From Raillietiella orientalis (Eukaryota), in the NCBI GenBank assembly GCA_036172245.1, contig JAYWIR010000030.1, positions 1,736,001-1,800,000 of the forward strand: DNA of 64,000 nucleotides. Direction: 5' to 3'. Both the position numbers and the translations under genes were made by a program. The notes under the pieces are model-generated. The model made no database searches. It was not told where the DNA came from and saw nothing but the letters and a program-made list of their open reading frames with translations. How positions within the stretch are numbered: the first letter of the stretch is position 1; the number at the start of each line of letters is the position of its first letter. Below are positions 38,781 through 52,779 of the stretch, piece by piece.

Positions 38781-41700
38781 TGAGAAGTGCTAATTTGCCA
38801 GCATATCACCTCCAAACAGAATTCAACGGGAGATCGGAAGAAAGTTTTGGCCTGTGCTCTGGACCTTCTGCCTCGTGAATGGATGCATCTGTAATGACCA
38901 AAAAGCGTACAGTTTCTGGAATTTCAGCTCTTCCCGTTAGACGGGGGCAGTGACACTGAGCTAAGAATGAGGTAGCACATAGAACTCAGAATGTCCTGAT
39001 CGATCATCCTCGAAGAATGGCAATGGATGGGAGAATCATAGTCATGAAGCAGCCGATCCAGTCCTTTATTGATCTTCATTTGTAGAGCTTGCTCCAAATC
39101 AATGAAAGCGGAAGAAGGCAGCAAGAATGACGCCCTTTCCGTCTTTTTTACGCGGACCTTGAGAACGCGCTTGGAAGCGTCTTCGGAAACAAGTGGTCCG
39201 GGAGTAGCAGTGAGTGTTTTCGGACGTCGTCACCTCGCATCCTAATATCCACTCTTATCAACCAACGTCCGAACCCCAGTAGCCCCGTAACAGTAATGAT
39301 CTCTTTCCAGCTAAGAAAACTGCAGTCAAAGAATGACAGACGGAAATGAGTGTTTCTACTTTAAGGAAAAAAGCAGGGCGTCAATCGCACTGCCGACCTG
39401 TTGCGGCGCCTCACGATGGCATCGCCGAATCTCTGATTACGAAGGAAAACCAATTAGTAAGCTGCAGATGGGTCCAACTTTTCGGGAACTCGCCACCTCG
39501 GCTGTGTGGACTTTTGAAAATGCTTAATGCCTACATGGTACCAGATGTACTTTTGCAGTTGATTTTTCAGATAAAATTCCTCTTCCTTCCAGAGCAGCGG
39601 CTTAATTAAATCAAGGCGGTTTTGTTGGACTTCCACTTCCAGGGTTCGGATCCATAAATTTCATTTTGTCTGAAGGCAACGAGCCTAGTGGATGCATTAA
39701 TCGAGGAACTTCACCATATTGGACAATCAATCCTCTTGCCATCTTCATCTGAATGATAAAGCTTTACGCGGATTAGCCATGGTAGCCCTACGGTAGTTTT
39801 TGCTTAGGTTAGTGGTTTTTTCGGATGGAGCATCCCCACGATGTCGAGTGTCAAACGACGCTTCTGAAGACGAGTGGTCGGAAGTAAACAAGCGCGGCAG
39901 TTTACTTGCGAAGGGAACCGATGAAAACACGTGCTCAAAGGCAAATGGGACACCCACATAAAAAACTTTATGCTCATTTGTGCGTACTGCGCAAAAGGAA
40001 CACACTGGGAACTTTTCGAAAAAGCCTTATGGGAGCGAAGCCCCACATGGAAACACGTGGGGCATTTCTCAACGAATGCACTCCTGCAAACTCGATGTAG
40101 TGGATCCCAGAATCTGAATCTTTTCACAGCCTGAAAATCGAGATGCAGTTACCAAGTGCTGATGATGTTAATCCTGGAGCCGGATGAGCGGATCCCGAGG
40201 AAAGCTTTTCGAATTTTCATGGAAAGATAGAGAGGAAATTCAATGCAAATGGCATGTCGGCATCCAGAAGAATATAGAAAGATGGTAGTTGTATCTATCG
40301 GGCATGTAGCCATTACAGCATCCTGTATGACGGATAATTTGCAAGCACGAGCTCCAAATGGCAAATGGAAGACTCTTGAATTTTTCTTATTGGCCTTTAG
40401 GAACCCTTGTGTTTCCTATAATGTTCTATCCGATCACCTCAAGGCGCTAATTGTGTTTCCATCCCTAGCTCCCAACGCTCTCATCACAAGACACCAGAAG
40501 GAGGAGGCGAGGCCAGCCTCCGTACCTCATGTGCCATTATGGAGATAAACCAGCAGAGCTCCCTGCTTCCTCATGACAGAATCGAAGTACTCACTCAGGA
40601 ACCACTTCTTACTTCTTTATCTCTTATCATCCATCATATTCGAGTGCCTTCATTAGCTTCATCGTCCAAGGAAAAGCGATAAAAGGAATTTTCGACGAAG
40701 CGATTGCCGATTAGCGTGGATTACTCTAGTACCACATAACTACTAGCACAACTTGATTAATGCGTTACTATGCACTAATCAATCTATAACTCATCTTCGT
40801 TCACTGCTTGCACCTGCATGGCTGCTGATAGCTTAGGTCGTTATGGGCTTAACCGCTGTCTGTTCTGAGAGGAAATCGCGCCACCAAAGTGTGGAAATCC
40901 ATTCCTATGTCCGAAAAACTTTTATTCATATATACTGAACGAGATTCCGTATGGCTTTAGCTTGTCTGAAAGACTTGTCTGTTCCCCATGCCAGAGAAAG
41001 GGCGCCCTTGCATTCACGGCAAGCACTTCACGGTAAGTCAGAGGGTAAATGATTAAGGAGAGAAAAAGTCCACAACTTGTCGAAGAGCGTTCGTGGTGTT
41101 GGAATGAACGCAAGCATAAGCGGAACCGCGCGCCTTTTCCTTTGTGCACACCTTCTTTGGCAGGCCCTCTGAGTGCACCAGGACCGCAAAGAGGTAGCAA
41201 CTACGGGCCTCCCTCCCAATCCCAAGGACATCACCCATATCGACGCTAACCCTCTCTTAAATAAGGTGAGTGTCTTTCACTATTTTTTCCCAACGAAATG
41301 CTATTCATGAACGAAAAAAAAAAAAAAGAATACTGAGGTTTCCTGCTGCCACTTTTCTTCTCTATCTCAAGATTCTCGGAATACATTCCCAGACCCAGAC
41401 TTTTCATTTGCAACTTTGATTCGAATCCGTGCTTTTCCATGTACCTTTCTAATCTTCACAGAAGTAAATGCCTAACAGCAGCAATCATGGATTGATGCTA
41501 ATTAACAGAACATTACTCAGCTGGTAGAACTTCGAGATAACTGAAGGTTCGGATTGGCTCTGTTCTGAAAAAATGAACACCCGGTCTGCACGCCTGAATT
41601 CACCGAACATCCCACTCGTGTGAGTGTGTGTGCATCGGTAATTTTTACCCTCCATCGCTCTTTTTATGCATATGTAACGGTAACGCCGGAGCTTCTGAAA

Positions 41701-42334
41701 ACGTACGCTCTAATCCTTTTCATTTCTTCAGCCGAAATCTCGCAGACTGAAGCGGCCGAGTGAGTGTCTGGTGGTCGTTTGCCTGCTAATTTTTTTTTTG
41801 CCAGGTTGGATCCACAGTCTTTGTTTCCGCTGAAACGAATCCTGGAGAACGCAAATTCCATTGCAGCCAAATTTCCTGCTCATCATGTTCCAAAACAGCA
41901 AAGGCAATTTCCCGAGGGTAATATCGAGCCTCTGTAGAAATTTCTGCCGAGGATTAACCCTGTCTAGTTTGAAGATTGCTGGTGATCCTCATTTTACTTC
42001 TTTCTCCTTTCGTCGGAAAATCTTTTCTTGACTACATGAAGGAGTACACGTCCATTCGCACCCTCAACATTGCCAAGTGTGCACTTGCGTGCCGCAAGTG
42101 CAAGTTTGCTACTGCACTGCACTGAAATGGCTGACCAATGGAGTTGGTGGAGGCAGGAATTTCTCCGGCTGCTGCTCGCAATGGTTCGGCTGCGAACTTT
42201 TTCTCCATAGTGGTGGTTCAAGGGGTGGGAGGCGGCTGACAGGATCATCCTCAGAACACGAAGTCAGAGCTGCACAGACTTCGCGCTTGTCTGTGCACAT
42301 CTCACGCGGATACTGAGAAATCAATAAAGATGTA

Positions 42335-43254
42335 CGAGGCTCATCTCAAAAGCAAGAGCCGATCGGACATAAATAAAGAACAAATAAGAGAAACGAAAAT
42401 GTATTGGTGGTTCCAAACACGTACATCCCCACGTCATTTTTCTGCCTGGTCACCATTTTTTTGCAAACACTTTGGATACCGTGGAACGAACTCTTTCAAA
42501 TCCTCTGCGTAAAAATGGCGCCCCTTGGGAGTTTAGCCAGAGCTAGGTTTTCCACTCGTCCTCAAATCGCTGAGATGCAAGCCACTTGTTGAGATGCAGG
42601 AAGACGTGGTGGCCACTGGGCGCGAGGTCAGGACTGGGTGATCAAAAAGTTCCCATTTGAATCTCTGAATGGTCTGGGATGAGCAGACAGCGTGTGTTGC
42701 CATGGGGCGCGTTGTCGCGAAGGAGAAGAACAATTCCTGATCTCAGCATTCCACGTCGTCGCTTCCGAATGGCACGCCGCAGTTTGGAAAATGTTCCTAC
42801 ACGGTCGACTGGAGAAGTGATGGGTGCTCCACTCTTCCTAAAGTCCACCCTTCAAAAGCACATCCTTTTGCTGACACACACACTGTCGTGTCCGCGCATC
42901 CCAGACCATTCAGAGATTCAAATGGGAACTTTTTGATCACCCAGCCCTGACCACGCACCCAGTGGCCACCACGTCTTTCTTCCTGAACCTCAAGGAGTGG
43001 CTCGAGGAGAATTCGAGGAAAGGGAGGAGGAGTTGGAAGCTGCAGTGCTGAACTCCCAGGCGGCGGAACTTCTTGCAGAGGGTTTCCAAGAGCTCATTCC
43101 ACGGGATGGAAAGTGTTTGGAGAAAAAAAAAAGTGGTGACTAGGTAGAAAAATGGCGTAAGGATGTACGTGCTTGGAACCACCAATACGTTTTCGTTCCT
43201 CTCATTTGTTCTTTCTTTGTGTCCGATCTCTCCTTGCTTTTGAGATGAGCCTCG
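42335..43254. mobile_element. Non-autonomous palindromic mariner derivative with TA target-site duplications
   Basis: Ends TA-CGAGGCTCATCTCAAAAGCAAG and CTTGCTTTTGAGATGAGCCTCG-TA. Inverted arms of about 350 bp encode transposase C-terminal remnants (GIVLLLRDNAPH, RFKWELFDHP, AEGFQELIPRDGKCL, GD*VEK). Confidence 0.92.
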
Positions 43255-46200
43255 TAACACGTTCCTCTACCCTACCCGATCTATTCGACAGTGCGCTAAC
43301 TGATCGTGAATCATCATTACGTCGCACAATCAACCGTACGCTGGACACACTGGTTTCCCCCCCCTCTCTCTCTCCTCCAGTAAATAGTGAATAATCGGGA
43401 GATAGACCTCTGGTCTAAAATGCATCTTCACTAAAAGGCTCTCAATAATTCAAATTTTCATTTATTCCGTTCGGATGGGCTCATTTGTTTTCGCTCGCTC
43501 TCCAGAAACGTCTTCAACCTTTTCTCCTTGCAGTCGTGCAATTCTTTTTTTTTTTTCGAAGAGAAACATTCGTCCCTCTGACTTTCGTTTTTCCGCTTCT
43601 TCCTAACATAATTGTTGTTGGTCCAGCATTAATCAATTATGCGGATGGGCACTAGGAAATTCTACTTGCATGCCGCTGATTATCCGCCCCCTGACTTCGA
43701 ATCTCCTAAAAGAACAAGTCGCAGGATCGGGAAGTCCAATGGCCGAGAGCGTGCCTGCTGCTGCCTCGTGTACACCGAGAACCCCGGATTGGAAATCTCA
43801 TTCCGGGCGCTTGTCGCTCCCCGCGGCAGGAAGGAAAAGGGAAGGGTGGATCTTAGGTTTCCCGGCACACTGGAGAAGCGTTTCGGAGGCCGGGAATCAC
43901 CGAGGAGACGCGACTGAGATTGTGACGTGCTGCGCTGCAGATTGCCCGCGAGCGCAATGCGGTCGGATTCCCCCCCCCCGCCAAGGGATCTTCCGAAGAA
44001 AACCAGTCAGCGCACTTCTGGACATTCGCTTCATCTCGGAACTTTCTCCCGCCAAAATTCGTCTCTGCAGGTCGATTGGAATGTAAACGGTGGCTGGGCC
44101 GCAAGCACCACTTCGATCCACGCGCATCCCAGGTAGCGCGTGCGACTACCGAATTCTTCCCACGATTCGATGCTGGGTCCGAGGAGGGGGAGGGGAGAAG
44201 CATCGCAATGGCGACTGAAGGGGATTTTGCATCACACGCTCTTCATCAGCTCGAAAGCGGCTCCCGGCTAAGAGCTGTTTGTGGGAATGAAGAGCTGCTG
44301 GTACTTGGGGAAGAAAGGGGGGAAGTCTTCCTTTCTACCCCCCATCGCACCCCCACCCCACACTAACGGATTCTCCTGCGGCACCTTTGTATCTGAATTT
44401 TCATGAACTTCGCCAGTTACTTCTTTTTCTTTTGACTATGCTTCTTCGGCTTTTTCATCTTTTCCTCTGGTTGCTTCTACTGAAGCCCTCGATTCAACCG
44501 AAAACCAAGGTTGTGATAATCCAACCCGCAACACACGATGGCACCGAGGTCTCATGCTATCGCGTGTTGCGGCGCGGACGGGTCGGGTGTCATGCCACTT
44601 GAGTCTTTCTTTTTCGAAGTCCTTTCAAGAGGGATCGCAAACGGAAGACCCTGAGATTCCTTGCCGCTCCTCAAGCATAAGAGCGGACCTGGACTGAGAG
44701 GAAATAGGGCGGCGCGTATCATTTTCAAAGTCAGCTTTCACCCGTGACATCAGGTCGAAAAATTTCCACACGGAAGATAAAAGCTGCAATCTTCCAAGAA
44801 AACTCTGGATGCTTTTATTGCTTGCGGCATCCATCACAGTGCCCACGCAACGCAGCCCTATCGACCCCGACGACTCCATCGGGATGGTACACGATTCTCC
44901 TCAGAGCTTTGGTTGGAAAGGAAAAGAAACTTGTCGAGTGGTGACCATTCTGGAATGGCCGATTCCATTGCACATCGACATCCCCCGCGTGAACTCTTTG
45001 TTCTAAGTAAGAAACTACTCATGAGTGCTTGTCATAGGGCGACGACGCGTTGCTTCGACGACGAGGTACTGGTGGTGGTTCACCCCCTGGTTACCGGGCA
45101 CAATACGCAAGCAGCCACGATCTTGCATGACGTTTTCTCGGGACGTTGAGTGGCATCTCTGTGAGAAGGTTGAGGGAAAAGGGGCTGGGATTGCATGCGC
45201 GGATCGGCGTCCTCTGGGATCAGCGGTCGCCGGGAGAACCGAAGTGCCTATCCCGAAAAGCGGGAAGGAGGAAAGAATTTGCTCCCTTCACCGGGACTGC
45301 CGCTGGATTTTCCAGTCCCTCTGCGGAGATGCGCACGCGAGCGCAAGGTTTTGCGGAGGAAAGCGGAGGACGTCACTTCGCTGCGACTGACGGCGGGGAG
45401 CACGCGCAAGCGCCGCGTTTCTTCAGAAGGCGGAACCCGGATGCGGGGGTCATCCATCGAAGACGAAAAGCGCAGTCTGTGGAAAGGCAGATGCCTTTGA
45501 GCACTCGAGTGGCGCTCAAAAAGAGTGGCACTCGAGCGCCTTCCGCCAGGAAGAGACAGTCGCGGAGTCTTTCTCGGCCGCCTGGATCTGTGCTTGCGTG
45601 TAGACTGCAGCACTGTCCAACAGGTTCGTCCGGCACGGTTCTTCGGAGAGACCTTTCCCGGTTCTCCTTGTAACGATGGGAGGGTGAAGAAAGCCCTTGG
45701 AACCAGGGATCGCACGCCCAGAGTCGTCCCGCCTCTGGACCTGAACGGAAGTCAGGGGTGGGAGGAAGGGTGAGTGGGGACAGATCGTCTCAATAATGAC
45801 AACGTCGTGAGCCATGCGTCCTAGGGTCCTCTCCGAGGTGCTCGCCGGCGCTGCGCTACGTGCACGCCCGGAACGAGGAAGCAGCCACCTTAGAACCGCG
45901 TTGTTGCACGCACAAGCACGCAGGGAGTAGTCGCATGGCGTTCCGTGGTCCAGCCCAAGGTCTTGGACAAGTTTCACCTAGCGCGAGCGCTAGAGAGGAT
46001 CGTCCGGGTGGAAGAGGAGGTCCTCGAAGGGAGAAGCGCCAGAACTCAAGCAGCTGCGCAGAGCTGCTCCAGACTCTATCGGAGGCTGATCCGGTCAGGT
46101 AGACGGAGGGTATGATGTCGTTCCTGAAGCAGCGCGCGGGCTGAATTTCCAGGAACTATACGACAGGAAAAAACTATGCGTGGCTGTGGTCTTCCCGGTC

Positions 46201-47439
46201 TCTCCACGAGAACTGGCTCGTTGGTGGAGCCTCGACAGCCTCGTTATAAGGGCGAATGCTTCGCTGAAACAGCTGACCTGCGCCAGCGAAGTTTGACATT
46301 GCGGGAGGGCGGGACACTAGCGGGAGGGTGGTTCGTGCGTAGGCGGTGGCAAGGCAAAATAAACCGCACTACAGCCAGCTGTCAAAGGTGGGCGCCCTGC
46401 ATGCGGGAAGGCGGATGGGGAGAGATGACGCAATGCAGCCGAGATGACGCGGCTCGAACGGTCAGAGAGGAGAGGATAGCATGTGAACCACGAAAGCGGC
46501 TCAGGCGCGTAAATGGTCGCTGGACTCATGGCTCCGCAAGGCGTGGTGCGGGAAGGCGGATGGCACAGACGAGTCGGCGGACGCAGAGCTTCGGCACTGA
46601 GCCGCCCTAACAGGCTCCGCCCATGTGACTCCGTTTGTTTCCGAGGCGATGGAGATGCTCGCTTTTTCCGCACTGGGCGTTTTCCCTGATCCCCAGTTTT
46701 CCGGTGGTGATCCCTTGACCCAAACTAGGCGCGCGGGTGAAGACTGCGGTTCGTTTTTTCTCAAAGTTACCTCAAGGGAAAAAGGCCGCTGCCCAGGGGG
46801 AGAAAACCAGAAATTACTTAGAGGTGTTCGACGCCCTTCGAATCCTCCGCTGCTTTTCGCGTTTCTTCGCGGTAACAAGAGCGACGTGCAACCTGGTCGG
46901 GACGACTGCTAGACCCGTCGGCCAGGGCACGCTTCAAACGACCGGGCGCGGACCTGGGCGGTCGAGTTTCTCCGGAAGACAACCAGCGGTCCCTAGACCC
47001 GCGCAGAGTCGAAATTCAAGCAACGGCGAAAGTTCCCTGGGACACGTCCGTGTCTCCATGGAACACTTTCACTCTTCAGCACCTGTCGCGGGCCAATCCT
47101 CTGCAAACAGCAAGGAAGCACGACATGCCAGGATGCAGTGAAAGCTGCGGAGCGTCCCTGATCTCAGCAATGCATCTCCGGAAGGCTCTCTCGTTGCTTT
47201 CAGTTTGTCTGCCGAGTTAGACTGCAAATCCTCTTTTAGGCAGTTCTTTCAATAACTGCGCAGATCTTCAGTGCTTGGATGATGACTCTGGATTCCTGCT
47301 TCTCAATCGGAATTCCCCATATTTTTCTCGAAACGTTCCTTCTTCCTTGAGAGCTGACTTGTACTTGTTCGCAACTGCAGCATCGGTCTGTCATCGCTAC
47401 CTCATCGGAAGGATGAAGAAAGTTCCGCAGTCAGTTTGA

Positions 47440-48100
47440 AGCTCCAAACGCAAGCGGAGTCCGTGAGACGTGCAGAGATGAACCCTTTGACGAGAATGGG
47501 GACCGATTCTTCACGACCTTCATGAAGACGGTGGTCTGGTCCAGCATTTTAATACAGTCTGGACATCTGGGCATCCCACCTTGCTGACCTCTAAGAGCTT
47601 GAGAGCGGACCTAAATATTCGAGTCGTCACGAGACGAAAAGGCTTCATACCCACGTGGCAGCAAAACTCAAGGCAGCACGCTTGCCATAGTGGTCAACAC
47701 CTTAATGCCTAAAGCGCAAAAGGCTGTGAAAACGGACGACAAAAAGGTCCAGAACTCAAGCAAAATCCTGCAGCCACCACTCATAGACAGTCGACTCAGA
47801 TCAGCCCTTAGTCAATACCAAGGATGTTTTGGACAGGTTCAGGAACGGAGGAAGCTGTGAAAAATTCCAAATTCTTAGATAAGTCACTGTGGTTTTTTAC
47901 TCATGATTTCACGTATGGACTGCCTCCCCTCTAGTACCCCCTTGACCCGTGGGACTCTTGAGCATCGGTACTACTGCAAACAACTGCTGCCTCTACCAAG
48001 TTCCTTCTTCCCTCTTCGAAGGCTTCCAGATCCGGGAACTCCGAAGTTGGGGGGTCTCTTTGGTTTCCAACGGGACTAAGTCTTCACCGATCAATCCACC
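47440..48100 (+). mobile_element. Decayed I-group LINE RT thumb to start of RNase H
   Basis: PAF*YSLDIWAS...ELES resembles P.LEY...IW...LE.VQ, followed by PLDPW and VFTDQS (YTDGS). Confidence 0.45.
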
Positions 48101-51100
48101 CTGTGAGTAAAAGATGGATCCTCCGCGAAGATTCTGAGAAACATGGTCTCTCATCCATATCTTGGCAGATGAGGAAAGGATCTTTTTTGTTTCCTCTGAA
48201 CCAGAGATGCTGCTCTTGATGCAGGCAAGGGAGCTGAGTGGCTCTCCCGTCTATTTTCCAGATCCTCTAGGGAATTAAGGTTGGTTTCGTTCGCGTGGAA
48301 ACCTTCGAAGCGACAGCTTCATCATTACCTGAATCCTTTTCTGTTACTCAGTATTTCTTCATCCAGAAATCAATGCCATCTGGAATCTTCCTGTGAAGCT
48401 GCTCTCCATTCGTCACCTTCTTCCTGGAACCTTTCTTCTCAACCTTCACCCTGCTTTCTTCCTCTCTTCCTGGGAGTAACCAGGGACCCAATTCACTCTT
48501 CGGCTCTTTATCATTTTTTTTTTTTTTTTTTTTTAGAAACCCAGTGCGTTCGTTTGATCGCTGCTTCAAGAGAATCGCGGGCCGCCACGATATCTTTCGA
48601 CGTAGAGGAAGCGAGGTTTTCTCCGTCATTCTTCCCCTCGGGAAAACTTCAATTTCCTGCACCTTTGCGCACAGAAACCCAGAGGTCAGCATTTCCGGAG
48701 AAAGCAACCGTTGAGGAACAGAGTTCCACGATCGATCCTTTTGAGCTGAAGAGAGAACGACGCTTACGTGCCTTCCCGCTCCGAGGCAGGAACTCACGGG
48801 TTGCGTGCCCCACGTCCGGACCGAACTCGCAGAGGGGGAGGGAGAGGGAAAGGGGGGGGGACGCGCTCTTCCGGGTACGGCCGTCCGTCGCCGCTCGTCC
48901 TTCTCGAACTATTCCCTTTTCCTCCCCACGACTACTACTCCCCATCCAAAGTTGCGGCAACTCGATCACTTGTAATCCGGTTATCGCCTGCGCGAGAATC
49001 ATCGAACTCGCTCGCTATTGCATCGGGATTTTGTCGGGGACAACTTCTAATGAGATTGCATGGACCAGGACGAGATGTCATCTGATTCTGTAGGTATGGC
49101 TTTTTTTGCACTCTAAGGTCGGTAAGAATTCCCACTGAGATCCTGAAAGCAAACTTCTCCGCTTCCACTGACTCCAGTTTGGGAAAGGCAATTTTCGCTT
49201 CCGTTGATCTGCACGATCGACGAACTCAGAGACATACGAGTTCTCCCAGAAAATTCCGAGTCCGCTGTTTCCGTGGGAACCACATGGAACAGAAACGTCC
49301 ATAATCAGAGCTTAAGCAGCCAGTTTCGAGTCAAAAGACCCGGTAATTTGACCTGTCCCTCTGACCATGATCTACCATCTCGAGACAGGAGCATTTCGAG
49401 AGAGGAGATGGCCTCGTGTAGGTGGCTCCTCAGTCGCGTGCGCCGATGGCGATCCGCATGACGAACTCTAGAGTGCCGGAGCTCTTGACCACTCCAGCTG
49501 GCAATCTTGCCGCTGCGGCCTGCACGCCAGCAAATCTCCAGCTATCAGCGAGACCATGTGTTGTGGTCTGGGTGCACTTCGGAAAAAGAGGAGCCTTTCT
49601 TCCACGGTTTGCGACGAGGGTGGTCAGCTAGGATGATGCAACGCATTCTCCACAGCTGGCTACTTTCTCAGTGCAGAATTCAACGTCATTCATCCAACAT
49701 TATTCTGGAGAAACAACTAGCAGCGAAAGATGAGTGCTTTTCTTTGAGACGGGGGTGCAGCGAAAGGCATCTTACTGATGGCGTTTCCACAAGTCATTCA
49801 TCCATGCATGATGTGACCTCCAGGTTACAGTCCATGAAAGTCAAAGCAAGTTGGGTGCTGAAGTTCGATTACGCCAGACCAGACATCAGGCTGATGTATC
49901 AGGCCAGACACGGGAACGCGAGCCAGCCCGGAAGCTGCGTCCCGTGATGGCCCTAAGCAAATGCAAACTCATCGACTTGCGATCTGACATTGACAGATGG
50001 AGGCGGAAGGATTCGCTTCCCAGAGACTCCATCTGGGAGCACACGAACTCCTCGACTGACGGAAGCATCTTGAGTCTGGATCTCCTTTGGGGTACGAGCC
50101 CAGAGCCCAGGTTTCGCGCACCGCCGCACGCGACCGAAAGTGACCAATAAGTGATTCGCTACATCGCTCACGGCTTGGACGGGTGCCTCCCGTGCAGCCT
50201 GGGGGTCCTGTCGCTGGGCTTCTCGAAAAGATTCGGCACAAAACGCTTCCTGCATCGAGCTTTTCGTGGAAAGCCGAATGCCACCAGCTGAGAAACAGGA
50301 AGAGGGCAGGCGTTCTTTGTGACTGAATTTGCAACCGGATATTCAGCGAACAGGATGCTGCTTGCAACCGAATCTTTCAGATAGCTGCCAGGAAGAAAAG
50401 ACAAAAGGAAAAACAGATCAGACAGATGATGAGGGAGATTCTGAACCTCTGATCCGCTTCGCTGATCCCAAAACATAATTCTAGGAACAGGGAATCTGGA
50501 GATCCCGGCACTCTGCCTCCTCGTTTCTTAAGAATCTCCCACAGCCGAAGGAAGGGGGTGGAAAGGCGCCGTCCTGTTACGTGGCAAAAATTTTCATCTT
50601 TTCAATTTCATATGGGGCAGTTCTTTCGAACTGACTCGAAAAAAACGAGACGTCGTCCCCAGGCAGCATGGAGCTGGCCATCTCGAAAACATCCGCTGTT
50701 TCCTTTAAGTTTGTTCCTTGATGCACTACATCGTAGACAATCTCGATCTGTATGCACATCCCTGTTTGTTCGTGGTTCATAAGCTCCAAGATCCACGACT
50801 TAAACACGAATGGCCCTAAGGGTTTTGGCAGATATTTTCGAGTAGCTGCAACCGAATGATCCAAATTTTCATCGACATCTTCTCCATGTGATCTCCTTTC
50901 GTGGTTCTTCGCCGCTGGGATGTGACATGGAGTTCTTACAAGGCACTTCGCAATTTTTGTTTCGCTTTTTTTCAAAGTGACTCCTAAAACGCTCACGTGG
51001 GTCATTCGACGTTCATTTTGATCATTAATTTTTCATGTTAGGTGCCGATTTCAGAAGGTGCAAAAGCTTTTATGGCCGATTCATCCTTTATGGCCACGCA

Positions 51101-52779
51101 ACTAAGTATCAGTAAGGGACCTCAAGGAAATTTCACACTGGATACTCGTTCGTTTCCAAGGGCAATCGAGTTCATCATTCTCATATATCTTTCATTTGAA
51201 GTTTGGCTTTGAATTGGGACTTGGGAATTTTGGCGAAAACTTCGTCATTCCTACGGCTAAGCCATTTCGTATTTACACGTACAAATTCTCAACCCGAACT
51301 TCTGCTCAAAGCCCAACTGCTCATAAATGCTCTACTGTACACAAGGCTTTTTGTACAGTCAAGAATACTGGTCTCCTGGAACGGAAATTTGTCATACATT
51401 TAGCCCGTGACAAGGAATGAACGAATTTTTTTTTCCTGAAAAATATGAAGGATGCCGCTGTCGAAGCAACAGCCACTGTAGCTGAATCGATCAGAGTTAA
51501 AGTCACTCAGTCTCTTCATCTTGCTCATTATTTTATTCTTTCGTCGATAATTGTCCATGCCGTTGTTTCTACCTTAACTGATTCCGACTCTCCCAAGATG
51601 GGGCAATTCCATGCAGCATAAAGCGATTCGTCTCTGCCAATGCAGGCTGCAGGAGGATTCGATGTTTTTTTTTTTTTTTAAATTTTATGCTGCTACGATC
51701 TCTTGAGAGTAGCTGGAAATGATCTCCACAATGTCCTGCTTCACCTCGGCAGCCATTCTTTCATATCTATCGTCGACGCTCTACTATCATTCCAAGGCTA
51801 GTGGTAATATTGCCATCCCCTTCTAACAAATGGAGGCGAATTCTGGACATTTGCGTTAGCAGCGCGGAACCTGGAGCCCACTCCTTTGCTGGGAGAGAGA
51901 TACCCCTGTTTCCAAAGGAAAGGATCAACTGCTACCTCGGGATCCGAAAATCTCAGGCCATCTCGAAGATTTCAGTCTTTCAAGATTTTTTCCAGTGCTC
52001 TGGATATGCGTCGAGGTTTTGCGAGCGGAAAAAATTTTCCCTCCATGTCCGCGCCCGACTTTCCTAATGAATTCGTCCCTGGTGCCGGGATCACGCTCGC
52101 TAAAACTCTTGCCTCAGGCAGAGTTTGTTTCACTGTCTCTTCGAGAATTATTATGACATTAGCCAGAAGTGCTACAGGATAGACTCTACCCTTCAATGAG
52201 CTCTTGTCGAACGGGTGAGAAGGGTTTCTCGACCATTTCTCAGTCGACAGCTCACCGTCGTGTTTCCATGGAACTCGATCTGGAATCCCGACTTCATCTT
52301 CTCGTTCTGCCCATGAAAACCGCGGCATTTGTGGCTTCTATCGCCAAGAGTTTTCGTACATGGCCATCCGTCTCTTCAACTCCAGGCATGCAGATTGCTT
52401 CCCTTACTCTGAACGTGGCAGAGGCATGAGTCTGAGTTTCCTTTGTGCCAAGCCATGGAAGGACCCTCCATTTAATGATCTTTCCTTAAAAAATCTTTCT
52501 ACGGAATGTTTTTTTCCCTTTCTTTCTTCTCATCGTTAATCCCGTCGGGCATCGCTTCAAAATTGGAATGTTTTCGTCAATGCTGTGCTGGTGAAACACT
52601 AGTGAGACCTCACCAACTTGAAGCAGTGGCTCGCAGCAAAGAAATCTGGAATAAGGAATCCTCTTGCTTCCTTCCCGTTCCACAGGACACGTGGCAACGG
52701 CTGTACCCAAGGTCCAGATTTGACCATTTGAGATCGAGAACAGTTCGCCACCAGTGGCAACCGCCACGAACAACATAGA

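Larger units (their letters stand above)
35600..40450 (-). mobile_element. Fragmented L1/Tx1-like ORF2 (APE, linker, RT, zinc finger) with nested insertions
   Basis: Motifs in correct order from high to low coordinates: LPRLFTSDH, LLWKEEEFY, DLEQALQM, NFLPIS (FRPISL), MLAN, QSCLV (QSAFV), AIDMTKRHDLSLW (KIDM.KAYD.V.W), VMCHRSKE...LLLS. Many stops and frameshifts; outer boundaries approximate. Confidence 0.6.

Noticed and set aside
40730..40865. AT-rich patch considered as a second NUMT (12S)
   Set aside because: No convincing conserved rRNA motif.
45501..45539. Imperfect 17-bp hairpin (14 of 17 pairs)
   Set aside because: Short and GC-rich in TE-derived context; plausible by chance.
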